A stretch of DNA of 56,105 nt, the filler included, from Sphacelaria rigidula (taxonomy: Eukaryota), in NCBI GenBank assembly GCA_964200075.2. It is 6 parts of 6 records of this genome, joined end to end, with 100 filler letters (N's around TTAATTAATTAA, not from the genome) between each part and the next. Parts side by side here need not be neighbours in the genome. Positions count along the whole stretch, not along the records: positions 28,105 to 37,371 come from CAXNAA020008876.1; positions 37,472 to 46,738 come from CAXNAA020008877.1; positions 46,839 to 56,105 come from CAXNAA020008878.1; 3 more parts are not named here. One strand, 5' to 3'. Position numbers and translations under genes: made by a program. Positions within the stretch are counted from its first letter, which is position 1; the number at the start of each line of letters is the position of its first letter. The notes beneath the pieces were generated by a model, which was not told the DNA's origin, made no database searches, and saw only the letters and a program-made list of their open reading frames with translations. Shown here one piece after another: positions 34,616 through 47,493 of the stretch.

Positions 34616-35351
34616 GAAGATTTACAAACCTGGTTCTCTGTATTGAAAGACACTTTCTTGAGCATTTCCAAACAAATCTACTTTTTCCAACCAAAAATCT
34701 CCGCATGCCCTCTCCAACGACACAAAAGCGTGAGTAGTAGCTGTTGAAAAATCGACGTTGCAACACCATTCACGCGGGTGGGGGAGAGGTGATAACTACC
34801 GCCGCACTACGGTACTCAAACGCTAGAGATGATGTAGTTACAGGTATAAATCAGCGGCATGTGTCGTACGTGCTCCCTCATACCAACATCAAAAGACGTG
34901 AATGAAGTGCACATGCACTAAACCTGTGCCACAGGGTGTTTCCGACCAGCCATCTTGTCCTCTTCGCGAAGTATCAGGTGCCCGAGCGTGTACAGCCGTA
35001 CACAGCGACGAACCACGAAGACGAGAAATATCCATCCGTTCACCGCAGGAATCAAATAGCATTTTTCTCCACTCCTACCCCGCTCACCTACAGGATAGGG
35101 GTTGGGTACGAGAGTAGTGAACCGAACCAGGGTTCAGACCACAGTGCAGTGTCGAGGAAGAGGTGGAGGAGGAGGAGGGATCGGTGACGTCACGGTAGAG
35201 TTTGCTGCGTCAGAGAAAACGTCTTTGCGTATAGAAATATCAAGGCGTCGTACATGGAACTACAGTATTGAAACCATCATGTAATATAGAGCATGGGTTG
35301 TAGCTTCTATATTGAAATCTATAATCAATGTCGCAACCTCCCCTTGAAGCA

Positions 35352-36507
35352 TATGACTACGGCATGCAAGATTATGAGTACCCCCCCCCCCCCCTTTTGG
35401 GTTGGCGTCGGTTGGCAATGACGCTGTAAAACACGCCACTCATTGCGTAAGCTGGGCAACCAGGTTACCGTTTCTTTCTCGCTTGAATTTTTTGGCGGTA
35501 CTCATGGTGGTGATCGACAAAGATCATATTTTGCGGGGTGGGGAACCTCAACTCCGCGCACAGGAGATGATCGTACTACGCAGTGCTTGAATGGTGAGAC
35601 ACTCATGAGGCAGCGTGGAACCCGTGGTTGTCTCTGGAAGTGGCGACACCAAAGAACGAAGCAACTCGTTGGAGGTTGTCATCCATACGCGGGGCAATCA
35701 GTACGCTTCGGGCCGAACAACCTTGGCACGATGCAGCCCCCCCTTCATGCGACTCGCCGAACACATGACAGCGCTTCGCGCTTGGTTGTTGATTGTGAGC
35801 CTGGTCCGGCGAAAGTCGACATGCTCCTCCTGGTTTACAGCGATGCGAGGTCAATGGCGTCATGACTACGGCATGCAAGATCATGCGATCACAAGTAGAC
35901 CCTCCCTCATCCCCCCCCCCGCCCGCCCTCCTTCCACTTGCCACATGTTCTGCCTCTCTGAACTCCGCTCTCTGCTGTACAAGCCTGCCGTGTTGGGGCT
36001 CTCTGCAAGCGTGCTTCAACAACACGGACGCACGCGACAGCGACGTAGCACTCGACATCACGGCCGCCTGCACCACCCAAGCCCGCCATGGCGGAAAGTA
36101 CCTCCACGACGGATGACTCCGCGACGACGACAACTGCAGCAGCAACAACAACAACTACATCAGCAGCCGACACGAAGGCCCTATTCGATGGCCTGAAGCC
36201 GATGGTGCAGGCGGTCCGGGATGATGTCGCGGCCGGCAAGCCGGCGGCCAACAGCATGGGCAAGATAAGGATGCTGGACAAAGTGCTCAATACCCTCAGC
36301 GCATCCCCGACGGCAGAAGGTATCAAGCTCATGTTCGAGATCTGTGACCTGTGCATGCTCCTGCTGCCGAAGAATACCCAAAAGGTGAGAAGCATACCTT
36401 CAGAATTGGCGATCTCCAGCATCTAACCCCCCCCCCCCCCCCAGTCTCGACAGGGATCCATGGCCAGTAGTCGAATGACGGAGGCAAGCAAAGAATGAGT
36501 ACCCCCC
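35352..36507 (-). repeat. Three minus-strand copies of the poly-G-associated short element (35352-35394, ~35830-35891, 36427-36507)
   Basis: Reverse complements read G14-TACTCATAATCTTGCATGCCGTAGTCAT, CATGATCTTGCATGCCGTAGTCATGACGCCATTGACCTCGCATC, and G6-TACTCATTCTTTGCTTGCCTCCGTCATTCGACTACTGGCCATGGATCCCTGTCGAGACT-G16. Confidence 0.65.
36088..36384 (+). CDS. First exon of a small uncharacterised protein (Thr/Ala-rich N-terminus plus a helical-looking domain)
   Basis: GCCCGCCATGG start context, GC3-rich codons, 99 open codons, and donor AAG|GTGAGA at 36385. Possible last exon at 36616-36639. Confidence 0.55.
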
Positions 36508-37322
36508 GTCGCCCTTCCCCCCAAATTCGCATCCACCCGCTCTTCTAACTTCGTTGTTACTACTGCGTACAACAGTCAATTAGAGTAACTTCACAAGAAC
36601 ACCATGCTTCTGTAGGTAACGACGGATGTACGACAGTGAAGAATATCCGGAGGTTTTGCATGACAGCCTCCAATGAGTTGCTTTATTGTCTAATATCGCC
36701 ACTTCCACTTATAGTGGGGGTTTCAGCGTAAGGCGGTAGTATAAAAGCAACATTTTATGCACCTTTAACTGTGCTTCAGTCATGTTGCTGCTGCGATGCA
36801 CACGGTCATCATGCCGCTTTCATCCTTGAATGATAACCTAAAGACGTTTCTATGCTCGCAGCGAGTGCATGTGTAGCAAATTCGAACGATCGGAGCCTCT
36901 GCTCCGGTAGGTGTATTCGTGAGTTTCATTGATGGATTCTGATTGAGCGATTGGTTGATCGTCGCGAATGAACTGATCCCCGAAGAAGTCGGCCGTGGTC
37001 AAAATATAGTTATACTCTAGGTGAACAGATCGAAAACGACTCCCGAGAAGGAAGCTCTAGAAGAAAGGAGAAGAGAAGAGAAATAAAAAGAAAGGGAGGG
37101 AGAGGAAGAGAGCCGACAGAGCTGAAATAGCAAACAAGAAGAAAGCAAACAAGGTGTGGACCGGCTATTTGGGAACCACAACACCCGGGCATAAAGTGTA
37201 CCTACGAGCCCGGCACGATCGAGACACAAACAGTGCTGCAGCATAAGACGACCGAGAAAGCAAAACAAAAATAGAGGAAGCAAAACGAAACTGAAGCCGA
37301 TAGGAAAAGAGAGAGAGAGGGA

Positions 37323-37371
37323 GGGGTGTACTCATGATCATGAATGCCATAGTAATCAGACCATTGACCTC
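37323..37371 (+). repeat. Copy of the poly-G-associated short element at the end of contig 4
   Basis: GGGGTGTACTCATGATCATGAATGCCATAGTAATCAGACCATTGACCTC runs into the gap. Confidence 0.75.
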
Positions 37372-37536
37372 NNNNNNNNNNNNNNNNNNNNNNNNNNNNN
37401 NNNNNNNNNNNNNNNTTAATTAATTAANNNNNNNNNNNNNNNNNNNNNNNNNNNNNNNNNNNNNNNNNNNNATACGACAAAAGGAGACTCCCCCCCCGGA
37501 GAAGGGACGGGGACAATTTTAAATTTTAACACCCGT

Positions 37537-37574
<38 letters not shown>

Positions 37575-38128
37575 GTATTGATGCGATCCGTTGCACTCGG
37601 CTTTTTGGCGGCCGTGCTGAAGACAAAGCACATCCTTCAATTCACGCGTTTCGACATGGGCTGGAACGCACCCTATCTCTGATCATGAGTACTCGTACTG
37701 TTGATGCGCAGCATGACGATAGACGGACACGGGTCCAACATGATTATCTTCGATTGCGTTCTGGAAGCGCAGAACTGGGGGGGGGGGGAGGTACTTTAAG
37801 TTTTTGCAATCGACACTATGCTTCGGTTGTCTCGGTGGCAGTTCCATCGCCCGTCTGTGCGCTGTGGTGAATAGCGTTGTGTGGGAACTTGCTCAAAGCT
37901 TAGCCGAAGAGTCATTATTGCACAAAAGTAGCAGCGGGGTGAATTGCTGCTTTCTGCAATCAGTAGCGGGGGGGGGAGGGAGGCCGGAAGTTTGCAAGCG
38001 CACAGGCGCAATACTGCACCCACCGCAGATTCCACGAGCAACGATTCGCAAGCGTAGAAGCCTTGAACTTATTCTGGTCCCTGAAGTGGCTGCTGTACGA
38101 CGATAGCGCTCGAGCTACGTGAACTGAC

Positions 38129-38272
38129 CTTCTTTGACACCCGCGGCTTCTCCAGCAGCTGCTTTCCTTCCAGTTCGGCGGCCAGATGATCCAACATGCC
38201 ATCCATATCATCTGTTTCCGGCCTCTCCTCGGGGTATCCGGGAGGCTGCGTTATGAGCGTTGGCCCATCCAT
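38129..38272 (-). CDS. Putative first exon of an uncharacterised gene divergent from SEC24
   Basis: MDGPTLITQPPGYPEERPETDDMDGMLDHLAAELEGKQLLEKPRVSKK followed by donor AAG|GTCAGT. Downstream exons not resolved. Confidence 0.4.
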
Positions 38273-39613
38273 TCCGTCCTACTACTTCCACTACAACTTA
38301 CAATCCACCTGGTTTATTTTCTCTCACTGCAGTCACTGAGACACACGAGATTTTCAATGCGTCGTTCTGCGCGTGCTGCACTCTAAATCGCAGTCGAGAC
38401 CCAACAACACATTTACGTGCCATGCACCACAGTAAACAATGATCATCACAGCATGGCAATCGATGCAAGCATCCAATGAGAAAATACTCAAGATGTGTTG
38501 CTGAGGTAAGGTCTGTCGCCAATCAAGTGCGAGGAATAGTGCTGTCGCCTACCCCTTCCCCCTTCTCAACCCAATTCACGAGTTCTCGCCGTGAAACAGG
38601 CCAACCGTCGTCGATACCAAACGTTCACTATCTCGCCGCGAAAGGTCGCGGAACGGCGGTTTCATGTGCAGGAGCGTTTTCAATTTTTACAGGGGATCGG
38701 GGTATTGGAGTACGACACCCAACCCTCATCTGGTCGGTGACAACAGTGTACTAGAGAGAGTAGATTTTCGTAGTAGACGCTTGGAAGTGTGCCGCGGCGC
38801 TGCATGGGTTTACGAAGCCGAGGCCCTGCAACCCATTCCGTGCCGACTTCATCTGCAGCATTCGATTGCCTTCCGTTGGTTCAGAGAGAAGGCCTTTAAT
38901 CGCTGGGGGAGGGGAGGTGAGACAAACGGAAAAGAGCCCACGCAATCTGGACCCCAAAGAGTGTGGGAGAAAGGTCATGATATGTCTGTTTTTTTCGAAC
39001 CTCATGGGTTAAATTGGAGACAAGTCAGGCGTGTGTTGCTGCGCGGTACACGATAACAAGTGTTTGCTGTATATTCGCCGCGTAACTTGCAACGTGTTGC
39101 ATGATTGCATGATCGTGATTCAGCCAGTTACCTGCGCGTGGTCGTGATTTATCACTTCGCGTTTTTACTATTCCTTCGTTGCAATGTGCGGTGTTCTTGA
39201 TTCTGCCCGCTCTCGTTTAGATCAGAAATTTCCATCTCTTTGTACACTACTCCCATATCAACTTATTTCGCAATACAGGGTGTACAGTACAGTAGTACAG
39301 TACAGTACAGTATAGTACGGACAGTTGTTCGTGTACAACACTCGTTCCTGTGTGTTGTGTTTGTGTTGTCTGTACTGCACCTTTGTTCTACCGTACCATA
39401 CCTTGCGTTCAGTCGCTCAGCATCACCAAATGACGTTCATCCCCGTGAAGCCAATAGCTGCATTTTGTACGCCAGCGTACAGCAATCCATTCTTGTAGTT
39501 GTGTCACCCGTTTCACGATGTCACCATCGCAGTAGTACAGGCAAACAATGCACAGCAGTCAACAGTCACACTATGCCGTGCTGTGCTGTACCCTGTTGGT
39601 TTCCCTCACAGCG

Positions 39614-42600
39614 ATGTCATACAACTACCCTCCGCCGCCTGGAGGGGGCATGAGGGGTCCGCCTAGCAACTCGGGCTATGGGCAACCCGCCCCCCCTAAT
39701 GGACCGCCCGGGTCTGGGTCTGCAGGGCTCGGGAGTCAGGTTTGTAACCGCGAGCACACACGCAGAGGGTTAGTTCGTGAGGAAATATATTGCAGCTTTG
39801 CACTCTGTAGACGGCACTGCGCTATTTTGTACTGTATGGTGCAGCTGGCAAGTTCTCTCTACAGAACAGGGGGCAGTCTGAGACGCCTGTAGTGACCGCA
39901 TAACAGGTACATGCGGGGCAGCAAGATGACGAAGTGGCACTGTACTCTCTTTCCCGAACCATTCGCTACTTACTGTATCCTCTGTGCTGTCTTGTTGTCT
40001 GGCCTTGTCACTGAACAATGATCCGTGCTTCTTTATGATGTGCACACAGTCCTTGACACTTCGCCCCTTTCCATAGTCACGAGCACTACAATGGTGTAGG
40101 GCCACGTGCACCAGTAGTAGGCGTTGTTACTGGAGGTCAGGGACTCGAACAGCGGACAACTACATGTGACCCCGATACTGGTTGTACTGTCTGTACAATA
40201 CAGCTATGCAATACAGACAGTTGTACAACCGAACCAGCCCAGCAGATCATGTAACACCTGACGGAATCGTGCCGGACCAAATCAGGAACCGGTTCAGAAC
40301 TATGCCTGTTACCACCACCTCAGCGGCGTACTCATACTGTACCGCTGTAGCGATGTATTTATATGTCAGCCAAAGTTGGCTGTACGGTCCGTATATACGC
40401 TTGCATTCGTAGTGTCATGTGGGTAGCACGGATGACGTCATGTTTCGAAGGTCGTGGGCGCCGGAGAACAAGACCATACCCTCGAATTCCCCGTCGATCT
40501 CGTCATGCTATTATGCAAAACCTTTTTATTTTTTTGCTTAGTTTTTCGTGTGTATGAATGCTCGCTCGTTTGCGTGAGTTTTGTACTATGGCCTTGCAGT
40601 CGAAGGGAGGGGGGGGACCTCTTGTAATGCCAAGTAGCTGGATGTTTTTGGTGTGCGTCGTTACTAGTCGGTGACACGACCCGTGTACACTTGGTTTTCG
40701 CGATGGCTCCGTTTGTTTCCCCTTTCCCCCCATGCCAAGCCTTCAAATTTATTTTCTAGCATCAACCTTGTCCCCACGAGAAAATTCGAAGGAGCTAACA
40801 AGAAATGCCTACGTGCATGGTACGCACGGACGCCCAGCGGCGCATGTTATCATGCGACCATTCCTCTGCAGCTTCGCACACAACACACGAACACACAACC
40901 CAGCGGCTTTCACGTGCATCACACTCTGCCGCTCTCTGTGGTGTGGTGCCGCAGCACTCTTCATGTAGGAGTATGGCTAACAGAGTACTTCCTGAGCTTG
41001 CGCCTATTATACTGAAGTACAGTGCACACCCAGCTCCGAGCCACCCTCCAGACAGCCCATCAGTGTCTCCTCTGTTTGAGCGTTCACGATGACCCCTTTT
41101 TCTTATCCTTCCCCCTACCAATGACCAAAACTCGAATTCCGCACATCTGTTCTAAAAGGGGTATATGACTTGCTTGTAGTGCAGAAGTCTCGTCGTGTTC
41201 TGTTGCTTACAGGGGACAAGCCAGTTGCTTGGAAGGTATATTGTAGGCACCTATCCAGCGGTGTGATGGGGGGTTTCACGCAATGAGAACTTCCATCCAC
41301 CTTGTGGTGGCGCACAGTATAGAGTGTCGCGAAAAAATCTAAGGTCAGCAGCACACTTGTGACCAATTCAAAATCTACTGCATCAAATACCGATTAAAAG
41401 TTAGCGTATACAGCGACAAACCCACGCCATCCCTCGTCCCGACAACAATGATGTGTCGCCACTTCGCTTGTGATTTTAGGCATGCGCGGCCATCCTACAC
41501 TTCGAGTAAAATTATAAATCAAGTTGGCATCGTTCGGTGTTGAAAAGCGTTCCATAAATACACATTTCTCCCGAAACCTCCTGTGGAATAACCGTGTTTT
41601 ATCTACCGACGACATGAGCAGCCCGAATGCCTGCGATGAGCGCGTGCGTTAGCAACCGATGGTCTACGTGCTTGAAAGCTCTTGAGAGCGAGCAAGTTGT
41701 TTCAGTCGGGAGCGGAAAAACCCTGTGTTAACCCCCATGAGACACTTGAATTTCTCATCTCCCACCGGTGCTGGTTACAATTGCCGAAGGTGATGGTTGA
41801 CAGTAAAAACGGGCAGGGGGGAGGGGGGTAAGAAGTCACCCAACTGATCGAAACGCACCACGCACTCAACATGCCAGTGAAGATTCGCGCTTATCCAAAA
41901 AGATGTGCCCTAAACGTGAAGCCTGGACATGCGTCCTCAGCACTAACGAATCCAATATTTTGAATCCCGCAAGTACGAGTGATGAGGCTCTCATTTGGTT
42001 CGACCTTCCGCCTCCTACGCCCACTGCCCGCCGTGTCCGGAAAACCTTAGCAGCCTCCTCCGCAGCAACCACCGCCCCAGCAACAAACGCAGTACGGTGG
42101 TTACGGGCCTCCCTCGGGCACACGCAGTCCGCCGCCGCCCGCCGCCGCCGCTCAGTACGGCGGTCCACCCCCAGGCTACGGCGCACCCCCCGCCGCCGCC
42201 GGTTATCATCCGCCTCCGCCCCAACATCAACCGCCGGGGTCGTTCGGCAGACCCCCCTCCGATGGGGTCAGGGGAGGGATCGGGGGGGCGCCACCACCGC
42301 CGATAAGTGCGCCGCCTATGGGCGGTGGACGGCAACCACTTTTGGCGGCGAATGGTGGCGGCAGTGTACCACCTCCGCCGCCGGGGGGGCCTGCGTCGAC
42401 CGGGCGCGGGCCGCAGTTTGTTTCTGTGGAAGGGCAGGGCGGAGTCGGGCCGCCGCCTACGTCGTCACAGGTATGCTTTTTTTATGCTGTTGTGTGCGTT
42501 TCGAGGGGGGCGAAGGGTGTGGAAGGAGAGGAAGGAGGTAATGGGTACATCGTGGGTGTAACTGTGGCCGAGTAAAAAATATCTTGTTTTTCGTATTGAC

Positions 42601-45600
42601 TCTTTTTTTCCGGAGGGATATGAAGCACGATACCCTTTCTTGCCCTGCTGAGTTTCTTGGTTCAGCAGTATTGAGTAGCGCCATATGGGATATTGGTATC
42701 AATGCTTTCGTGCTGTGGTGTACATCGCTTCCAGAGCCGGCGATGCACATCTTGCCTGGTGAGCTATACTAAGTTGTCCTGGCATGGTGACGATCCTGTC
42801 CATCCCAAACCGCAACCAACATTCCCACATACAGCTCAACCCCCACCCATTCCAACAATCCCCCTCACTGCCGGCTCCCCCATTGTCCTCCCTTCACCAC
42901 AGGCAGGACCGCCAATGAGCGGCCCGTCACCCGCCCGTATGAACATGCCACCCCCTCCAACAGGTCAAGACTTGGCACGACAATTGGGGCAAGTATCATT
43001 GGGACCGCCGCAGCCTAATGGCATGGCACCCCCAATGCGTGCTCCACCTTCCGGTTACCCTAATGCTCCGCCTGGCCCCCCCGGCATGCAGCAGCAACAA
43101 CAACAGCCGCCGCCGCAGCAGCAGCAGGGACGATATGGAGGCTCTGGAGCGGGGTACCCACCACAACAGCAAGGTCGGAAAAAAGAGGAAAGCGTAGGAA
43201 GATTGTTGGCGCTCCGGCAGGCTTTTTACAACATTCGGTTGTTAAAAGGACGGACAGATGTCGAGAGTGTATATCGTTTGAGCGCTACTGTTGACCCGAA
43301 ATTCTGTTTTGTCCTGTAAGCTCCATGTGAAGGATATGCTCGGTTGCGTCCTTACGGCAGCCATTTGTTCCCACTCGTCGAAGCCGTCCATGATTTCACT
43401 CGAAGTTTCGGCGGTGGGAGTGCAATGCATTCTCGCATCACCGACTCGCACCGAAAAATGAATGCGGGTGAAAGCTAAACCGCCGCTAGCATGACCCCTC
43501 AGCGCGACCCCCCCCCCTGCCACGAAACCCTTTCACGTAAACACGTACCGCCTTCAGCCACTGGAGGAGCCCCGATGGGTGCGGCGACGAGTGCAAGCAT
43601 AGCTAATCAACCTGTCCTCCCTAGCCTTCACGAGACGGATATGACCATACAGGCGGATCCGCGAGTCATGCGCATGACCGTGGGGGCTGTGCCGAATTCG
43701 TCCTCGGCGCATGGTCAGGTCGGTTTTTGTCGTGAGCAAGTAGGTTTTATCGAATACTACTCCCTTGCCCTGAGCGGTTAGCCAGGGGTAGGCGTAGCTA
43801 CACCAGTTTGAAAGTGTGAAGTTCATGGTTTTCTCCGGCTGACCCACAACGCCCGTTGCGTCAAATAATGTCATGACTTCACGCTGTGATCGAACCGTCG
43901 GTGTCTGAAAGCAAGGAGGCAAGCGCCTCGCAAGCATGCGGAAATAAGCGAATGCGGGTTCTACTCCAGGGTGCCCATCGTCGATGTCGTCATTGTATCA
44001 CCTTGTGGTGTGCTCTTGTTCTTTTTCCTCTGGTTTGTCTCGATATTTTGCTGCGCAGAGCAAGCTTCCGCTGGGACTTGTGATACAAGCGATGGCGCTG
44101 GATATTGACCAAAAGGACGGAGGCCTGGAAGTGGTCAATTTTGGGGCAATGGTGAGGGCAGCAGAGTTTGTCGAAGCTAAGACACCGGCCAGGCTATCTG
44201 TCGCACGTGCTGGCGAGACTTTTTTTTGTGCTTGTGTTGCCCTTCATTGATGCGTTCGCCTTGGATGAAACTTGTGGTGGTGTTGATATTTGTGCAGGTG
44301 TGGTTATGATGACCTCCATAGATGCGTTCTTTATTGGGCTGCTGGCCAATCGGTGGCCACCGAGCAATCACTGGCAATTCCTCGCCTGGCCTCAGACGCG
44401 AATATGGGTCATGATTCATGGACGTGTCCCACTGTGATAGTGAGGATGCCGATGGGCAATGTGTGAAATGGTCACGCTCGCAGTGAAAAATCCAAGGGCA
44501 AGTCGGGTAGGGTATAGCCAATACTCGGTATTTTTTAAACGTCAAACTATCGGTACCCAAGATTGGGTAGAGTGTTCATGATTATACTCAAGCCACCCAA
44601 ATTTTGGGTAGAGTATTAAGGTCATACCCAAGTGATACTCTACACTCAAGTATTACTGAGAGTATTTACCCAATATTACGTAAGTCTATTTGAGGTCATA
44701 CACAACTTACCCAAACGTTGGGTATAACTTGAGTACTCAAGTTCGCACCCAAGATACTCAAACCGCCTGTACAACACGGATCACTGGGACCTGTTTCGGG
44801 GTCAGGTCTGTCACTCCTGACCCCGTCGCGCCTTTTCTGTTTTTTCCCCTCGCGACTGTTGCAGTGTTGCCACGTCTTCCACTATTTCCACCTCTGAGTC
44901 TCCCATAGGAGTCAGATGTGCGGCTCGTAGAGTGGCTCATTTTTACAACACCTACCCGACTGCCCGTCTACTCGATTGCCCAATGATGATAAGTAGCACC
45001 TTGTACTGAAACTGATGTCAAAGAGGATGCGAAGAGTAAACCATGGGTATGGATACGTACTGCCGGGGGGTGGGACAGGTAGGTTCATGCACCTAGACGC
45101 TTTTTTTGCTTCTTCATGGCCACCGTTCGCTCATACTTCTTGTAGCCGGTGACATGACGTCACTCATCTCATTGATGGCCACCCCTCGCCCATTTATTCG
45201 ACGTAGTCTGTGAAGTGACGTGGCGAAGTCCCCAATGGTCACGATTACTGATCATACCCAAGTTATACTCTACACCTGAGTATTTCTGAGAGTACTTACC
45301 CTATATTTGTTAGAGTATCGAGGTCGTACCCAAATAATACTTTTTACCCAGGTATTGCTAAGAGTGTAATGGAGTATATGAGGCCGTACTAAACCTACCC
45401 AAACGTTAGATGGGGTAAATATCCTGGTATATTACCCGAGTATTCAAAAGTACCTGCGCCCTACCCGACCTGCCGTTGGACAAATCGTTGCTCGATCGGT
45501 TCCTGGTTGATATTAATGTACTCCGGCCGTCCCTGTGTCCCGTCTCCCGCCCTTCCTTTTCATCTCATATTGGACCGTGTTTGACGAAAGGGCATCATGC

Positions 45601-46345
45601 GATGCAAAAGATGCCGTACCTACATCAACCCTTACGTGAGCTGGCTCGGGAACGGCAGGCAGTGGCGGTGTAATGTGTGCGGTATGGTCAACGACGTCCC
45701 TACGGCATACTTTTGCCACTTGGATCAGGATGGACATCGGACAGACAAGGCAGACCGACCTGAGCTTAGCCAAGCTAGTGTCGAGCTGGTGAGGGGAGAG
45801 GAGGCTTTGTGTTGGACACGGGGGGGGGGGGATACGCGAAGTTGATATGGTCATCAAAGGCCTGAAGCAACATCTTTGAGCAGTATGCCGGCCCTGCCAA
45901 TAAACAGGGAGTAGTGACAGACAACCGTCGTTTGTGAGATACGGCCACAAGATCCAGTTACCGGTTGAGAATATGTTGAAGGTGTCCGTTACTGTCCTGG
46001 AGATTTGAGCGTGCGGTTATATGAAAATACTTGGGTACTGGGTAGGGTAGGTTGCTCCGCTGGTGCAGCTGACGTGAAGAACATGTTCTGTGAATCCCAT
46101 TCCATGTCTCACACTCTTGTCCTGCTGGCGGATACGCTGTACTATAATACGCCATCGCCGGCGACCCTTATGTTTTATCATTACAGGTCGCTCCTGCAGA
46201 GTACATGGTTCGACCGCCTCAGCCTCCAGTCTACATGTTCGTGGTGGACGTGTCCGCGCCGGCCGTAACTTCTGGGATGGTGCACGTAGCCGCCGAGACG
46301 ATCAGGGCTTGTCTCAACGACCTGCCTGGGGGGGAACGCACCATG
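39614..46345 (+). CDS. SEC24: COPII coat cargo adaptor Sec24, 5' part (truncated by the contig end)
   Basis: Phase-consistent GT-AG exons: 39614-39739, 42051-42470, 42903-43173, 43558-43718, 44059-44151, 45591-45788, 46187-46345. Pro/Gly/Gln-rich N-terminus, DPRVMRMTVGAVPNS..SKLPLGLVIQ, zinc finger RCKRCRTYINPY..WRCNVC, and trunk-domain start APAEYMVRPPQPPVYMFVVDVS. Confidence 0.93.
44493..45478. mobile_element. 986-bp non-autonomous TIR element with an 8-bp TSD, in a SEC24 intron
   Basis: Left TIR CAAGGGCAAGTCGGGTAGGG; right TIR reverse complement CAACGGCAGGTCGGGTAGGG. Flanks GAAAAATC (44485-92) and GACAAATC (45479-86). Subterminal TACCCAA/TACTC repeats. Confidence 0.8.
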
Positions 46346-47493
46346 GTCAGTCGCGTTTCCTATGCCCTGCGTGTGTTTTCTTGCTCATGATGCTGCCACA
46401 AAGAAGTTACTGCAGTTGCATTGTCCGCGGATACTTCTCTTGTAGGGGAATATGGTGCCTATGAAGGACTACAGAGGTATTCCCTACGTGCAAGAGTTGA
46501 TGCGTGAAAGTCACCCCCTTTTTTGTGTTTTTTTATTCGGAAAGCTTTCGTGCAGCTGCTCGTACCTCGGGTCGAAACAACTACAAAAAAGTACAAACTT
46601 GTGTATTATCGAAACGTTCTTGATTTGGATACTGTCTTCTGTAAAAAAAATGTGTCTTCCCCCCCCCGCCCCCCCCGCCTTAGCCTCCGCACAGGCCCCC
46701 AACGAGGCCAACCACCAACGGAACCGGAACCCAGCACANNNNNNNNNNNNNNNNNNNNNNNNNNNNNNNNNNNNNNNNNNNNTTAATTAATTAANNNNNN
46801 NNNNNNNNNNNNNNNNNNNNNNNNNNNNNNNNNNNNNNAGTCCCCCCCCCCCCCCCCGCGCGCGCCGCCCGATAAGCCTCGCGGCTGTCGTTGCACACGG
46901 TTTGGAGTGGCTCGCATCAACAATCCGCGTTCGTGTTAATCCCAGTGTCAGCTTGACGATATTCACGGTTCGTTCGGGGAGTAGACGGAACAGCTGCATG
47001 TGTGGACAGGCCACAGGTCCTGGCGGTGTGTGCGTTGCCAAACTTAAGCACAGGCCAACAAGTGGAGTAGAGAACAAGGCTATTACCACGATATATTGAC
47101 TGAACGATATGGGGTTACATGGTTCATTTGTGTTCGCTGCTTAGACAAAGAGACATGCTGATCTTTGAGTTGCCCGAAAACTTACGAGAAGTTTTGACAT
47201 ATCTCTTGTGATGCGAGAGCGCAGATAAGTCCACAACAAAACCCACCACCAGCAGAATCGCCGATCCTTTGTGGGATCCAGGTGAGCACTGGGAGCAATG
47301 CCTTTCTGTACTCGTGGGTTGGTTGGTTTAGCAGTAACTGGCTATTCTCCTAGTGTAGGTGAGCAAGTTGGCCATTCCCCTATATCGAGTTGAAAACACA
47401 ATGCATCTTACCTTCGCTGCGGATCACTAGTGATGATGAGAACAAATGCGCCACAGGTGTTTCTTGCTCCACACCAGATTTCACAGGCACCGT

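Noticed and set aside
41903..42541. Arg-rich 212-aa ORF and antisense ORFs over GC-rich exons
   Set aside because: These are shadow frames of SEC24 exon 2. The same applies to the antisense ORFs over 7000-8156 and over the Gypsy pol.
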